Positions 1-8,215 of a stretch of DNA of 63,406 nucleotides are shown here, piece after piece. The DNA comes from a virus (Duplodnaviria > Caudoviricetes), in the IMG/VR virus record IMGVR_UViG_3300042465_001918, positions 1 to 63,406 of that record; one strand, 5' to 3'. Position numbers and translations under genes: made by a program. The first letter of the stretch is position 1. Every line of letters begins with the position of its first letter. The notes beneath the pieces were generated by a model. It did no database searches, had not been told where the DNA came from, and saw only the letters and a list, made by a program, of their open reading frames with translations.

Positions 1-184
1 TGTGCAGAGTAACCCGCAGGTCGCCCGTCATAAGCGTGGCCAATGGCCTGCACTGCTGTTTAAACATGTCAGAGTAGTTCAGCGCCTTCTCGCTTTTGAT
101 GAGACGGGACACCCCTCCAAACCGCACCAACCTCCGACTGTTGGCTTTTGACGCCGGTTCACCAAAAATAATTTGCACAAGGGC

Positions 185-213
185 TTGCAATTGTTGCGTA
201 TCATCACTATCAT
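185..213 (+). promoter_or_regulatory. Putative sigma70 promoter for the recombination operon
   Basis: TTGCAA-17 nt-TATCAT upstream of RBS GGAGA and ATG 249. Confidence 0.55.
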
Positions 214-248
214 TGAGTTTGTCAGTCATAAAAACCTTTGGAGAAAAG

Positions 249-1115
249 ATGCAAGTTACGAACGTTCACAACCTGCCAGAGCCACTTGTGACTCTAGCAC
301 GGAGAGAGTATTACAGCAAGGGGGCTGCTCAGTACAGCGTCACAGAGATCATGTCTCCCCCCAAGATCCGCAGGATGAGAGAGAAATACGATGACCAGAT
401 CGTGACGGATGTCTCCCAGATGCTGTGGTCGCTGCTGGGTTCTGCCCTGCACGTTGTCATGGAGCGCGGAGAGACTTCCGGATGGATCAAGGAGGAGCGT
501 TTGTTCGCGGAGGTGGACGGGGTATCCATCAGCGGCGCAATCGACCTCCAAGAGGAGGGGGAGAGCGGGATCACCATCTATGACTACAAGTTCACATCCG
601 CATGGGCAGTCATGCAAGAGAAAGAGGAGTGGATACAACAGCTAAACATTTACAAGTGGCTGGTCGAGACGGTCAAGCAACGCAAGGTTGTGGGTCTGAA
701 GATCTGCGCCATGGTCAGGGACTACAGCAAGCATGACCTGCGGGAGGCTTACCCAGCCGCCCCCATTTGCATTGTTGACGTGCCCCTGTGGGACAGCGTC
801 AAGACTGAGATGTACATACGGGAGCGTCTGGAGATGCACCGTGAGTCCAAGATGAGAGCGGACTTTGAAGAGGATCTTCAGAACTGCTCCAACGAGGAAC
901 GGTGGATGTCGGAAACGACATTCGCGGTTAAGAGGGAGGGCCGGAAGACTGCCATCCGTGTTTTTAAAACCATAGAAGAGGCCACCGAACTGGCTGAGAA
1001 GGAAAAAGGATATGTTGAAACAAGACTCGGAGAACCAAAGCGCTGTACTGGAGACTTCTGCGGGGTATCTCAGTGGTGCGCTCAATACCAAGGAGAGCGC
1101 AGTGCTGACGAATGA
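249..1115 (+). CDS. PD-(D/E)xK (Cas4/RecB-like) exonuclease
   Basis: ISGAIDL...IYDYK motif, QLNIY, C-terminal Cys cluster (C...RC-x3-C-x5-C); start moved to ATG 249 after GGAGA RBS. Confidence 0.75.
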   Translation: MQVTNVHNLPEPLVTLARREYYSKGAAQYSVTEIMSPPKIRRMREKYDDQIVTDVSQMLWSLLGSALHVVMERGETSGWIKEERLFAEVDGVSISGAIDLQEEGESGITIYDYKFTSAWAVMQEKEEWIQQLNIYKWLVETVKQRKVVGLKICAMVRDYSKHDLREAYPAAPICIVDVPLWDSVKTEMYIRERLEMHRESKMRADFEEDLQNCSNEERWMSETTFAVKREGRKTAIRVFKTIEEATELAEKEKGYVETRLGEPKRCTGDFCGVSQWCAQYQGERSADE

Positions 1116-1368
1116 CTTTCGTGGCGGACGCTACATGATTTTTAAAACAAGCGATGACGTATTGATGGGAGAGGTGCTTGCCATCTCCGACACCTACGTT
1201 CGCTTTCACCCTTGGTCTTTTTTGGAGGGCTGCTTGGATTTAGATCAAGAGAAGTTGCTCCAACTTGCAGACATCAAGGCGTTCCACGCCTTTAAAGATG
1301 TTGTGGATATGGACCACTACTGCGCCACACATTACTGGAACAAGGAGATTTCAAATGATACCAAATGA
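1102..1368 (+). CDS. Hypothetical protein
   Basis: GTG after AGGAGAG RBS, overlapping neighbours. Confidence 0.55.
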   Translation: MLTNDFRGGRYMIFKTSDDVLMGEVLAISDTYVRFHPWSFLEGCLDLDQEKLLQLADIKAFHAFKDVVDMDHYCATHYWNKEISNDTK

Positions 1369-2023
1369 CCTGCTGAAGATCAACGTCAACGACCACACGG
1401 AGAAAAAGAATGGTCTGACCTACCTGTCATGGGCATGGGCGTGGGCGGAGGCACTGAAGGCTGACCCCACCGCAACCTTCGAGGTCAAGACGTTCAAGTA
1501 TGACGCCTACACCGATTTGCCATTTATGGCGATGAATGGGACTGCAATGGTCTGGGTCACAGTCACAGTGTTCGGTAAGCCGATAACGTGCTTCCTTCCT
1601 GTGATGGATCACCGGAACAAGCCCATCCTGAACCCTGATTCGTTTCAGGTCAACACTGCGCTTATGCGCTGCATGGTTAAGGGTCTTGCTCTGCACGGAC
1701 TGGGTCTTTACATCTATGCGGGTGAGGACCTGCCGGATGATGGTCAGTCAGTTCAGGCAGAACCTGTGGTTGTCAAGGTTGTGACACCCACTGCCACGGC
1801 TGATCTTGAGGTCAACACTGGCAACGCAGATGCGAATGCCGAGTTGTTTGCCGAGGGAATGATGACATACACGAACCATTGCACAGACGTCAAAGGTTTA
1901 AACAGTTACTGGAAGTCGAATCAAACACAACTTGATTCACTCAAGGTAAGCCGCCCTGATCTTTACGATCAGATTCGCAACCGCTTCGCAGAAATCAAGA
2001 AGCAATTATCGGAGAGCAAGTAA
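1355..2023 (+). CDS. Sak3/DUF1071-family single-strand annealing protein
   Basis: INVNDHTEKKNGLTYLSWAWAW and RCMVKGLALHGLGLYIYAGEDLP signatures. Confidence 0.85.
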   Translation: MIPNDLLKINVNDHTEKKNGLTYLSWAWAWAEALKADPTATFEVKTFKYDAYTDLPFMAMNGTAMVWVTVTVFGKPITCFLPVMDHRNKPILNPDSFQVNTALMRCMVKGLALHGLGLYIYAGEDLPDDGQSVQAEPVVVKVVTPTATADLEVNTGNADANAELFAEGMMTYTNHCTDVKGLNSYWKSNQTQLDSLKVSRPDLYDQIRNRFAEIKKQLSESK

Positions 2024-2343
2024 TGCCATATCAACCCAAAGCACCTGAGTACAAGGCGTACCCCGACAGTGGTTCGCTACGCGCCTCGACCAGCAAGAAG
2101 GGGCCAAAATCCCCCGACTACTGGGGCAACATTGCCATCAATCTGAAGGACATGACCAACATCAAAACAGAGGATGGCCTGACTGTTGTCAAGCTCTCTG
2201 GCTGGAAGAAAGTTGGCAAGGATGGCAAGACCTATCTGTCAATTGCCGTTGACCGCTTTTTGCCAAAGCAAGAGGGCGAAACCTATAGCCGCCAACCAAT
2301 CCGCCAAGAGGATGACTTTGGCGATCAAGATATTCCATTTTAA
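2023..2343 (+). CDS. Putative single-stranded DNA-binding protein (DUF736-like)
   Basis: PDYWGNI...LSGWKK...YLSIAV; acidic DQDIPF tail; follows annealase. Confidence 0.7.
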   Translation: MPYQPKAPEYKAYPDSGSLRASTSKKGPKSPDYWGNIAINLKDMTNIKTEDGLTVVKLSGWKKVGKDGKTYLSIAVDRFLPKQEGETYSRQPIRQEDDFGDQDIPF

Positions 2344-2353
2344 GGAGAGCGAT

Positions 2354-2683
2354 ATGTCAGCTAAACAACTCATCAAAGATTACATGGCGGCGAACCCCAA
2401 AGCCAAGCCCAAAGAGATTGCACTTGCTTGCAAATGCTCTGTCCACACGGTCTATAACTTTCGGGCCTCGTTGAAAACAAAAGCCGCATCGTCCCCCCGC
2501 AGTGATGCCAAGCTTTTGGCTGAACGCGAAAGGGAGATCAAAGGCTTTGTGGACACAACAAACCTGCTTTTGCACAAAATTGAAAAGCTGATGGATGAAA
2601 ACCAACTGTACGCGAGCCGCGAAACAAAGCTGATGGGCGTCATTGATTACCTTGAGTCTAAAGTCGATGGCCTTGCAGTTTGA
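2354..2683 (+). CDS. Hypothetical protein, N-terminal HTH plus coiled coil
   Basis: PKAKPKEIALACKCSVHTVY HTH-like; RBS AAGGAG. Confidence 0.6.
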   Translation: MSAKQLIKDYMAANPKAKPKEIALACKCSVHTVYNFRASLKTKAASSPRSDAKLLAEREREIKGFVDTTNLLLHKIEKLMDENQLYASRETKLMGVIDYLESKVDGLAV

Positions 2684-3050
2684 AGCAAGAAAGGTAGCGC
2701 TCAAGCAAGACCGAACAGGTTTTGTCTTGACGCTGGCGATCCACCCTGACGAATGCCCAGAAGAGATTCTGCGTGACTTCGTTGGGGCGCGATACGGTTG
2801 TGCGCTGGTGCGGATTCAAGATGACGAGTCTGCTACCCCGTACAGCAACAGGGTTCAGAAAGCCGCAATGCTTTGCAAAGATTCCAAGTTTCAAGATTAC
2901 TTAGGCGTAGACAACGAAGACTTTGCTGCGGAGGTGTTGTGTAAACACTGCGGCATAGAAAGCCGGACCGAGTTGCACGGCAACGCTAAGGCGCAGCAAG
3001 TATTTGATGCTCTGATCGATAGATTTAACGACCAAGAAGTTCCGTTTTAA
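2667..3050 (+). CDS. Hypothetical phage protein with SSB-like acidic tail
   Basis: LCKHCGIESRTEL motif; ends DQEVPF. Confidence 0.65.
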   Translation: MALQFEARKVALKQDRTGFVLTLAIHPDECPEEILRDFVGARYGCALVRIQDDESATPYSNRVQKAAMLCKDSKFQDYLGVDNEDFAAEVLCKHCGIESRTELHGNAKAQQVFDALIDRFNDQEVPF

Positions 3051-3059
3051 GGATGCACC

Positions 3060-3377
3060 ATGGCATTTTCAGTTAATTACAAACCCTTTATGACCTATCT
3101 TGAGCCGGACGATATTGTGCGGTTGAAGAGGTTCTCCAAGGCCCAGAAGATACCAATGACGCAGATCATTCGAGAAGGGCTTTCTGCGCGGCTGTCATCT
3201 GGCGATGCCTACACCAACGGCTTCAACGATGGTCTTTTGAAGGCCATCAAAGTTGTAAACGGTATTGAGGCGGCTGGGATGAGATTCCCATCCGGCCTTT
3301 CATTTGCCGAACTCTCCGAGCAAGAGGTCTCTAAAAACTTTATTCGGGGGGATCATGAACCTGACCGGAAATCGTAA
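3060..3377 (+). CDS. Putative ribbon-helix-helix DNA-binding protein
   Basis: FMTYLEPDDIVRLKRFS...MTQIIREGL pattern. Confidence 0.55.
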   Translation: MAFSVNYKPFMTYLEPDDIVRLKRFSKAQKIPMTQIIREGLSARLSSGDAYTNGFNDGLLKAIKVVNGIEAAGMRFPSGLSFAELSEQEVSKNFIRGDHEPDRKS

Positions 3378-3564
3378 CCAGTGTCAAGCGTGTAAACAGT
3401 ACTTCAACAGTAATGCTGCGTTTGACAAGCATCGGGTTGGTGGGCACGGCGTTGATCGCCGTTGCAGAACCACTGATGAGATGACGGCCAAAGGCATGCT
3501 TATTAACCACGCAGGTTTTTGGGTCACCAAAGCATATGACGTAGTCAGAGAGGAGTCAGAATGA
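3355..3564 (+). CDS. FDxHR-family putative zinc-binding protein
   Basis: CQAC...AAFDKHR...RC. Confidence 0.7.
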   Translation: MNLTGNRNQCQACKQYFNSNAAFDKHRVGGHGVDRRCRTTDEMTAKGMLINHAGFWVTKAYDVVREESE

Positions 3565-3902
3565 AAAAGTTATCTCAAGCTGAGTTGTTCAGTGTCTTTG
3601 GGTCTGATCCCAAAACCCTTGTCCGCAGCAACGACCCTGACACGAGTCATGCAGCAGCAAAGACTGTTGACACTAGCCAACTAGAGTTAATGGTTTATGA
3701 GGTCATTAGCAAATACCCAAATGGCTGCATTGCTGATGATGTCCAGCAAGAACTTGCACACTTACGCAGCAATACCATCACGCCAAGGTTTGCGCCTCTA
3801 ATTCGTAAAGGTTTCATAGAGGATACGGGTGAGCGCCGCAGGGCGTCATCTGGACGATCACAGCGCGTGATGAGAAAAATAGAAAAGACAACACAGGAGT
3901 AA
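3561..3902 (+). CDS. Winged-HTH phage protein
   Basis: RSNDPDTSHAAA leader; TITPRFAPLIRKGFIEDTGERR wHTH wing. Confidence 0.65.
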   Translation: MKKLSQAELFSVFGSDPKTLVRSNDPDTSHAAAKTVDTSQLELMVYEVISKYPNGCIADDVQQELAHLRSNTITPRFAPLIRKGFIEDTGERRRASSGRSQRVMRKIEKTTQE

Positions 3903-3906
3903 CGCT

Positions 3907-4113
3907 ATGTGGAGATATTTATGGACAGAGTTGAGGCTGATGCTAAAAACTGTAACTCCGGCACAGGCTGTCACGCATGAGCTGATGCACGCCGAGCATG
4001 AATTGTTGAAAGCTGAATCGGGGGTCGAGTACGCACAGGCGCTGGTGACTTACAACAAGCAACGAGTCAAGCGCTTGAAGGCGTACTTGGGCAAGACTGA
4101 GGAGGTGGCATGA
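3907..4113 (+). CDS. Hypothetical protein
   Basis: RBS AGGAG; ATGA-coupled to the next gene. Confidence 0.6.
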   Translation: MWRYLWTELRLMLKTVTPAQAVTHELMHAEHELLKAESGVEYAQALVTYNKQRVKRLKAYLGKTEEVA

Positions 4114-4529
4114 GCATCAATCAAGGGCTGATGACATCCGCAACAGACCAGTGGGCGACTCCACAAGATTTTTTTGACCATCAAAACGCTTTACACGGGC
4201 CGTTTGATGTTGATGTGTGCGCTGATGCAACAAACGCCAAGTGTGCCGTGTATTTTGACAAAGACGCTGATGGCCTTAAACAGACTTGGGCTGGCAAGTG
4301 TTGGATGAATCCACCTTATGGCCGAGACATTGGCAAGTGGATGAAAAAAGCGCATGAGTCTGAGGCGACTGTGGTTTGCCTTGTGCCAGCAAGAACAGAC
4401 ACCAAGTGGTGGCACGACTACGCAATGAAGGGGGAAATCACATTTATCAAAGGCCGATTAAAGTTTGGTAGCGCCGTAAACAGCGCACCCTTTCCATCAG
4501 CGGTTGTAGTTTTTAGGGGTACGAAATGA
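4110..4529 (+). CDS. Phage DNA N6-adenine methyltransferase (phage Dam family)
   Basis: DQWATPQ, FDVDVCA, WMNPPYG, LVPARTDT, IKGRLKF. Confidence 0.9.
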   Translation: MSINQGLMTSATDQWATPQDFFDHQNALHGPFDVDVCADATNAKCAVYFDKDADGLKQTWAGKCWMNPPYGRDIGKWMKKAHESEATVVCLVPARTDTKWWHDYAMKGEITFIKGRLKFGSAVNSAPFPSAVVVFRGTK

Positions 4530-4789
4530 CCAAGATGTGCGACACGGGGTATCGTGAATGCCCACGCCAGCCGACTTGCGGCATGGACTGCCACTTCACC
4601 ACGGCGGGGCTTGAGCCAGAGACGCGCAAGGTCAAGCCGTATCTGTCAGTGCCTGATGACATAGACCCAGTGCCGGAAACATGGCACAGGATTGGAGCGT
4701 TCATGCTTTGGTCTATTTTTACAGTGCTGGCAATAATCTGCCTTGGGCTGTTCTTTACTGGCGTTTGGATTTGGAGTCTGCTGATATGA
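4526..4789 (+). CDS. Hypothetical membrane protein
   Basis: Cys-rich N-terminus; C-terminal hydrophobic helix. Confidence 0.55.
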   Translation: MTKMCDTGYRECPRQPTCGMDCHFTTAGLEPETRKVKPYLSVPDDIDPVPETWHRIGAFMLWSIFTVLAIICLGLFFTGVWIWSLLI

Positions 4790-5106
4790 ATACGAACAAA
4801 TTCCCCGAAGACATCGGGCCGTATACGACAGGGGTGTGGAGATGCAGAGAAAACCACAAAGGTGAGTTTTTCATTAGTAGTCAATCGTTTGGGTTTGCAC
4901 CGATAGCAAAGGTCAAAGGCGACAAGCGTTCGACGCTGAAAGACGCCAAGGCAAACGCACATTTGATCTCCGCCGCGCCTGAGCTACTGACTGCGCTGTA
5001 CGCCATGATGAACAGTTGTTTCGACCCAGCCTTGACCGAGGGCGCAGCGTATGAAGCGTTTGATTTAGCGCGTGATGCAATTGCCAAAGCGGAGGGCTTC
5101 AAATGA
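4786..5106 (+). CDS. Hypothetical phage protein (ANAxLIxAAPEL type)
   Basis: YTTGVW...ANAHLISAAPELLTAL common phage motif. Confidence 0.65.
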   Translation: MNTNKFPEDIGPYTTGVWRCRENHKGEFFISSQSFGFAPIAKVKGDKRSTLKDAKANAHLISAAPELLTALYAMMNSCFDPALTEGAAYEAFDLARDAIAKAEGFK

Positions 5107-5429
5107 AAATAAGCAACAGCACAGGAAAGAGCAAAGACTTCTACAACAGGGGCAAGGCAATGTTTGACCAAATACCGCCCGTTACCCAAGCCGTTACTCA
5201 GATTCCTCAAAAGCATTCCTCAAAACGCATGACGGTATTTGAATTGATTGAGGCCAATGGCCTGACGCTGCATGGTGACATCGAGCACTTTGCCGAGCTT
5301 GTCCGTGCTGATGAGCGTGAGGCCATACTTGCGATTGAGGCTAGTTCTGCGTTTAACCGCATGTATGGCGAGTTTTGCCCAAAAGCTAAAGATCTTGCCG
5401 ATGCCATCCGAGCAAGGGGACAAGCATGA
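5103..5429 (+). CDS. Hypothetical protein
   Basis: ADEREA...ADAIRARGQA; ATGA coupling. Confidence 0.6.
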   Translation: MKISNSTGKSKDFYNRGKAMFDQIPPVTQAVTQIPQKHSSKRMTVFELIEANGLTLHGDIEHFAELVRADEREAILAIEASSAFNRMYGEFCPKAKDLADAIRARGQA

Positions 5430-5662
5430 CTGAAGAAGATGAAGAATTCCAGCGCCTTGAGCGCGAAGCCAAGATGCGAGCCTTGGAGGACGATGACGAT
5501 GACACACAGGTCTACAAGAAGCCGTGGGTAGACCTGACTGAAACGCAAATACAAAACATTTACTACAAGGTTGTGGACGAACACCGAGGTGCCGCAATGC
5601 CTTACGGGCAAGTGCTGTTTGGACGGGCGGTGCAAGCTAGGTTGAAGGAGTTGAACACATGA
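5426..5662 (+). CDS. Hypothetical protein
   Basis: KPWVDLTE...RAVQARLKELNT; ATGA coupling. Confidence 0.6.
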   Translation: MTEEDEEFQRLEREAKMRALEDDDDDTQVYKKPWVDLTETQIQNIYYKVVDEHRGAAMPYGQVLFGRAVQARLKELNT

Positions 5663-5817
5663 CCAAGTTTGGAGACGCACCGATAAAGATGGAAGGCGGC
5701 ATTGCTGACCCTGATGAATTTACGTGGGAGTGCAACTGCAAAGCATGCAAGGTCAAGTATCAAAAGTGGAAAGCGGCGTTTGATGCTCAACAAAAACAAC
5801 TCAAGGAGGGATCATGA
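5659..5817 (+). CDS. Small hypothetical protein (52 aa, below track cutoff)
   Basis: MTKFGDAPIK...CNCKAC; ATGA overlaps at both ends. Confidence 0.55.
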   Translation: MTKFGDAPIKMEGGIADPDEFTWECNCKACKVKYQKWKAAFDAQQKQLKEGS

Positions 5818-6182
5818 TACGAGCACCGAACGGCAAGCCCATACTCAACGAGCCGGACGCTGAAGGGTTGTACACCTGTCAGTACACGGGGCTTAGAGTG
5901 TCGCGGGAAGAGGCCATCTTCTTGGGGGCATGCGTACCACAGGTCAACGGTACATACGTGTGCCACCCGACTGCACTGCCATTCTTTAAGAAGTCCAAGC
6001 GCAATTTTGACGAGAGCGAGGCAAACTGCAATACCTGCAAGCATCTTGTCCGCGTGAAGCACGAGCCAAGAAAAGATGGGATGCTACAGGGCGAGTGCAA
6101 AACGATGCCCAAGCTGCTGTTCCACCCCGATGACTTTATGGGGATGAATTGCTACGAACAAAGACCGGAGAAGAACACATGA
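5814..6182 (+). CDS. Cys-rich hypothetical protein
   Basis: CNTCKHL...C; coupled ORF. Confidence 0.55.
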   Translation: MIRAPNGKPILNEPDAEGLYTCQYTGLRVSREEAIFLGACVPQVNGTYVCHPTALPFFKKSKRNFDESEANCNTCKHLVRVKHEPRKDGMLQGECKTMPKLLFHPDDFMGMNCYEQRPEKNT

Positions 6183-6361
6183 CCAGACCAACAACCGCAC
6201 ATGAATGGTGGCTGCAAGAGCGTGAGAACCAGCTTTATCTTGCCAAACTTTTCTATGACCGCTTTGAGAACAAGTCCGCAACCATGTGGCACTGCCTATT
6301 TGCATGGGCAACACCTGACATCTGGCGTGACCCCGAGTACATAACCAAGGAGAAGACATGA
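6179..6361 (+). CDS. Hypothetical protein
   Basis: RBS GGAG, ATGA coupling. Confidence 0.5.
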   Translation: MTRPTTAHEWWLQERENQLYLAKLFYDRFENKSATMWHCLFAWATPDIWRDPEYITKEKT

Positions 6362-7002
6362 GCTACATCGTTGCATCACTGCCTCCCATCAAATGCTTTG
6401 TCAGGCGGGAATTTTTGTACAACTTTGAAAAAGGTTTCGGCGAGTTAGAGCCAGCCATCTGGGTTAGCCTAAAAGCCTTGCGAGGCCAAGTGTTCCGCAT
6501 TGAGTCGCTGTTGCCGAACTACGGCGCTTTGTACGACAAGCTGCCGATTCATGCTTACGTTTGGATGGATGATTTTTACAAGGGGTCGGTTGACCTCCCC
6601 ATCGACGTTTTGCAATTGTGGGACTGCATGGGCTATCGGTTTACCATTGTGGAAAAGATTGGCCTACGCAATCTGGGCGTCAAGTTCTTGGGCAAGGACA
6701 AGCAGTGGCACTTCGGGCGCTATCTGTTTACGGTGGACTTCTGCGCTGATGAGATGGCGCTGGACACGGGCTTCTCTGAACAGGCCGAGGAGCACAAGTC
6801 GTTCAACTGGATTGCGCTGGACAACGGACAGTTTGCTTGCCAGCCAAACAATCGGTGTCTTTGGTATGACCAAAGCCTGATCCCAGCCGAGACAAAGTTC
6901 CCAGACTTCCAAGCGTCTAGGTTTTTCTACACCGTTGACGGTACGCGCAAATGGTCCGCTGGCGATGATTGGTTCTACGATATTCAGGAGAAGAACACAT
7001 GA
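6358..7002 (+). CDS. Conserved phage hypothetical protein
   Basis: YGALYDKLPIHAY, QLWDC, EHKSFN, LDNGQFACQPNNR motifs; 214 aa. Confidence 0.75.
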   Translation: MSYIVASLPPIKCFVRREFLYNFEKGFGELEPAIWVSLKALRGQVFRIESLLPNYGALYDKLPIHAYVWMDDFYKGSVDLPIDVLQLWDCMGYRFTIVEKIGLRNLGVKFLGKDKQWHFGRYLFTVDFCADEMALDTGFSEQAEEHKSFNWIALDNGQFACQPNNRCLWYDQSLIPAETKFPDFQASRFFYTVDGTRKWSAGDDWFYDIQEKNT

Positions 7003-7107
7003 CAATACAAATTGCAGCCGACAACGAGGTTTTTTACGGATTGCCTCACGAGTCGGCAAGTGCGCTAAACGCGAGCGGCAATGCGTGACTGATGGAGAGA
7101 CATCACC

Positions 7108-7278
7108 TTGAACTGCCCTACCTGTAATGCATGGACATCAGTCGATCAAACAAAGAACACGGGTGGCTTTGTAGAGCGTAGACGCAGATGCGCCAACAAC
7201 CACACGTTTACAACTGAGGAGAGGGCTGTACCGGACAAGAAGCGTGGTCGCCCCGTTAAAACTAAGGAGATCAAATGA
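7108..7278 (+). CDS. NrdR-N-like zinc-ribbon protein (56 aa, TTG start)
   Basis: CPTC...RRRRCANNHTFTTEE; not in ORF track. Confidence 0.6.
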   Translation: MNCPTCNAWTSVDQTKNTGGFVERRRRCANNHTFTTEERAVPDKKRGRPVKTKEIK

Positions 7279-7718
7279 GTACACCACAAGAGTATTGGGA
7301 CGCTTGCCTTATCCGCACATGGAGGCAGTCTGGCTCCGTCCTTGATGCCATGATAATGTTTAAAAGCATCACCAAAGTTAACTTAGAAGATGTTGAGCCA
7401 AAGCTGTTAAGAATCCCAAGAGTTGGGTTTCCTTGGAAGATAGGTATTAAAGTTTTTGTGGCAGAACATTTATCCAAAATAAGCGCCAGATTGTGGGATC
7501 AGCCGCCTGAAAAAGATGTCGCCCTTCTAAAAAAACTGAAAGACTCTAAGTACGACACTGAAAAAGACGCGATAGCGGACCACGAGTTAAAAAATGAGAT
7601 CAGCAAAACGGTTAAAAACAAACGGAAGATGGAGCTTCTAAGCAAGAACAACTCAGAAAGAAACAAAGCCACAGACTGGGGCACGATGAAAACTCCTAAC
7701 CGTGGCAGATATAAATAA
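7275..7718 (+). CDS. Hypothetical protein
   Basis: RBS AAGGAG; 147 aa. Confidence 0.6.
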   Translation: MSTPQEYWDACLIRTWRQSGSVLDAMIMFKSITKVNLEDVEPKLLRIPRVGFPWKIGIKVFVAEHLSKISARLWDQPPEKDVALLKKLKDSKYDTEKDAIADHELKNEISKTVKNKRKMELLSKNNSERNKATDWGTMKTPNRGRYK

Positions 7719-7752
7719 GAGCTACCTATCGTAAAAACTAAGGAGAAGACAA

Positions 7753-7950
7753 TTGACGGAGCATAAACATGCCGAAGTGCTACGCGCTATTGCTGATGGC
7801 AAGGCGATACAGGTGCTGGTGCTAACGGGTGACGATCAAACCGATTTCTGGATTGACATGCCCACACGCCCATCCATCTGCATGTACCACGAGAAAACAT
7901 ACAGAGTAAAACCGGAGGCTACCCATGTACAGGAATCAAAAGCTGCTTGA
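7753..7950 (+). CDS. Hypothetical protein
   Basis: HKHAEVLRAIADGKAIQ...YRVKP common phage motif. Confidence 0.6.
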   Translation: MTEHKHAEVLRAIADGKAIQVLVLTGDDQTDFWIDMPTRPSICMYHEKTYRVKPEATHVQESKAA

Positions 7951-8215
7951 GGCTTTACGCGCTGCCCCCTGCATGCACTGCGGGGTTGAGGATGGGACTG
8001 TCTGTGCCGCCCACTCCAATCAGATGAGGGATGGCAAGGGCAGAAGCCTCAAGGCCAACGACTACAGGATTGCCGCCCTATGCTTTAAATGCCATTCCGA
8101 GCTTGATCAGGGCCGGGTAATGAGCCGGGAAGATCGTTTAAACATGTGGGAGAACGCCCACCGGGCGACGGTGGGGTGGCTCTTCGACAATGATCTTATT
8201 GGGCTGAAGAGATGA
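7925..8215 (+). CDS. DUF1364/YbcO-like zinc-binding putative nuclease
   Basis: CMHC...AAHSN...GKG..LKAND...LCFKCHSELD. Confidence 0.75.
   Translation: MYRNQKLLEALRAAPCMHCGVEDGTVCAAHSNQMRDGKGRSLKANDYRIAALCFKCHSELDQGRVMSREDRLNMWENAHRATVGWLFDNDLIGLKR

Larger units (their letters stand above)
1..4098. repeat. Long direct terminal repeat, copy 1 (= 59309-63406)
   Basis: Sequence and ORF track recur at offset 59308; substitutions seen at 53, 78 and 89. Confidence 0.97.

Noticed and set aside
96-248. N-terminal extension of the nuclease ORF
   Set aside because: It overlaps the opposite-strand RusA-like gene and a promoter; the RBS supports ATG 249.
4110-4529. MTase as the established cause of GTTTAAAC enrichment
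   Set aside because: Specificity cannot be read from sequence and characterised relatives mostly target GATC; retained only as a candidate.
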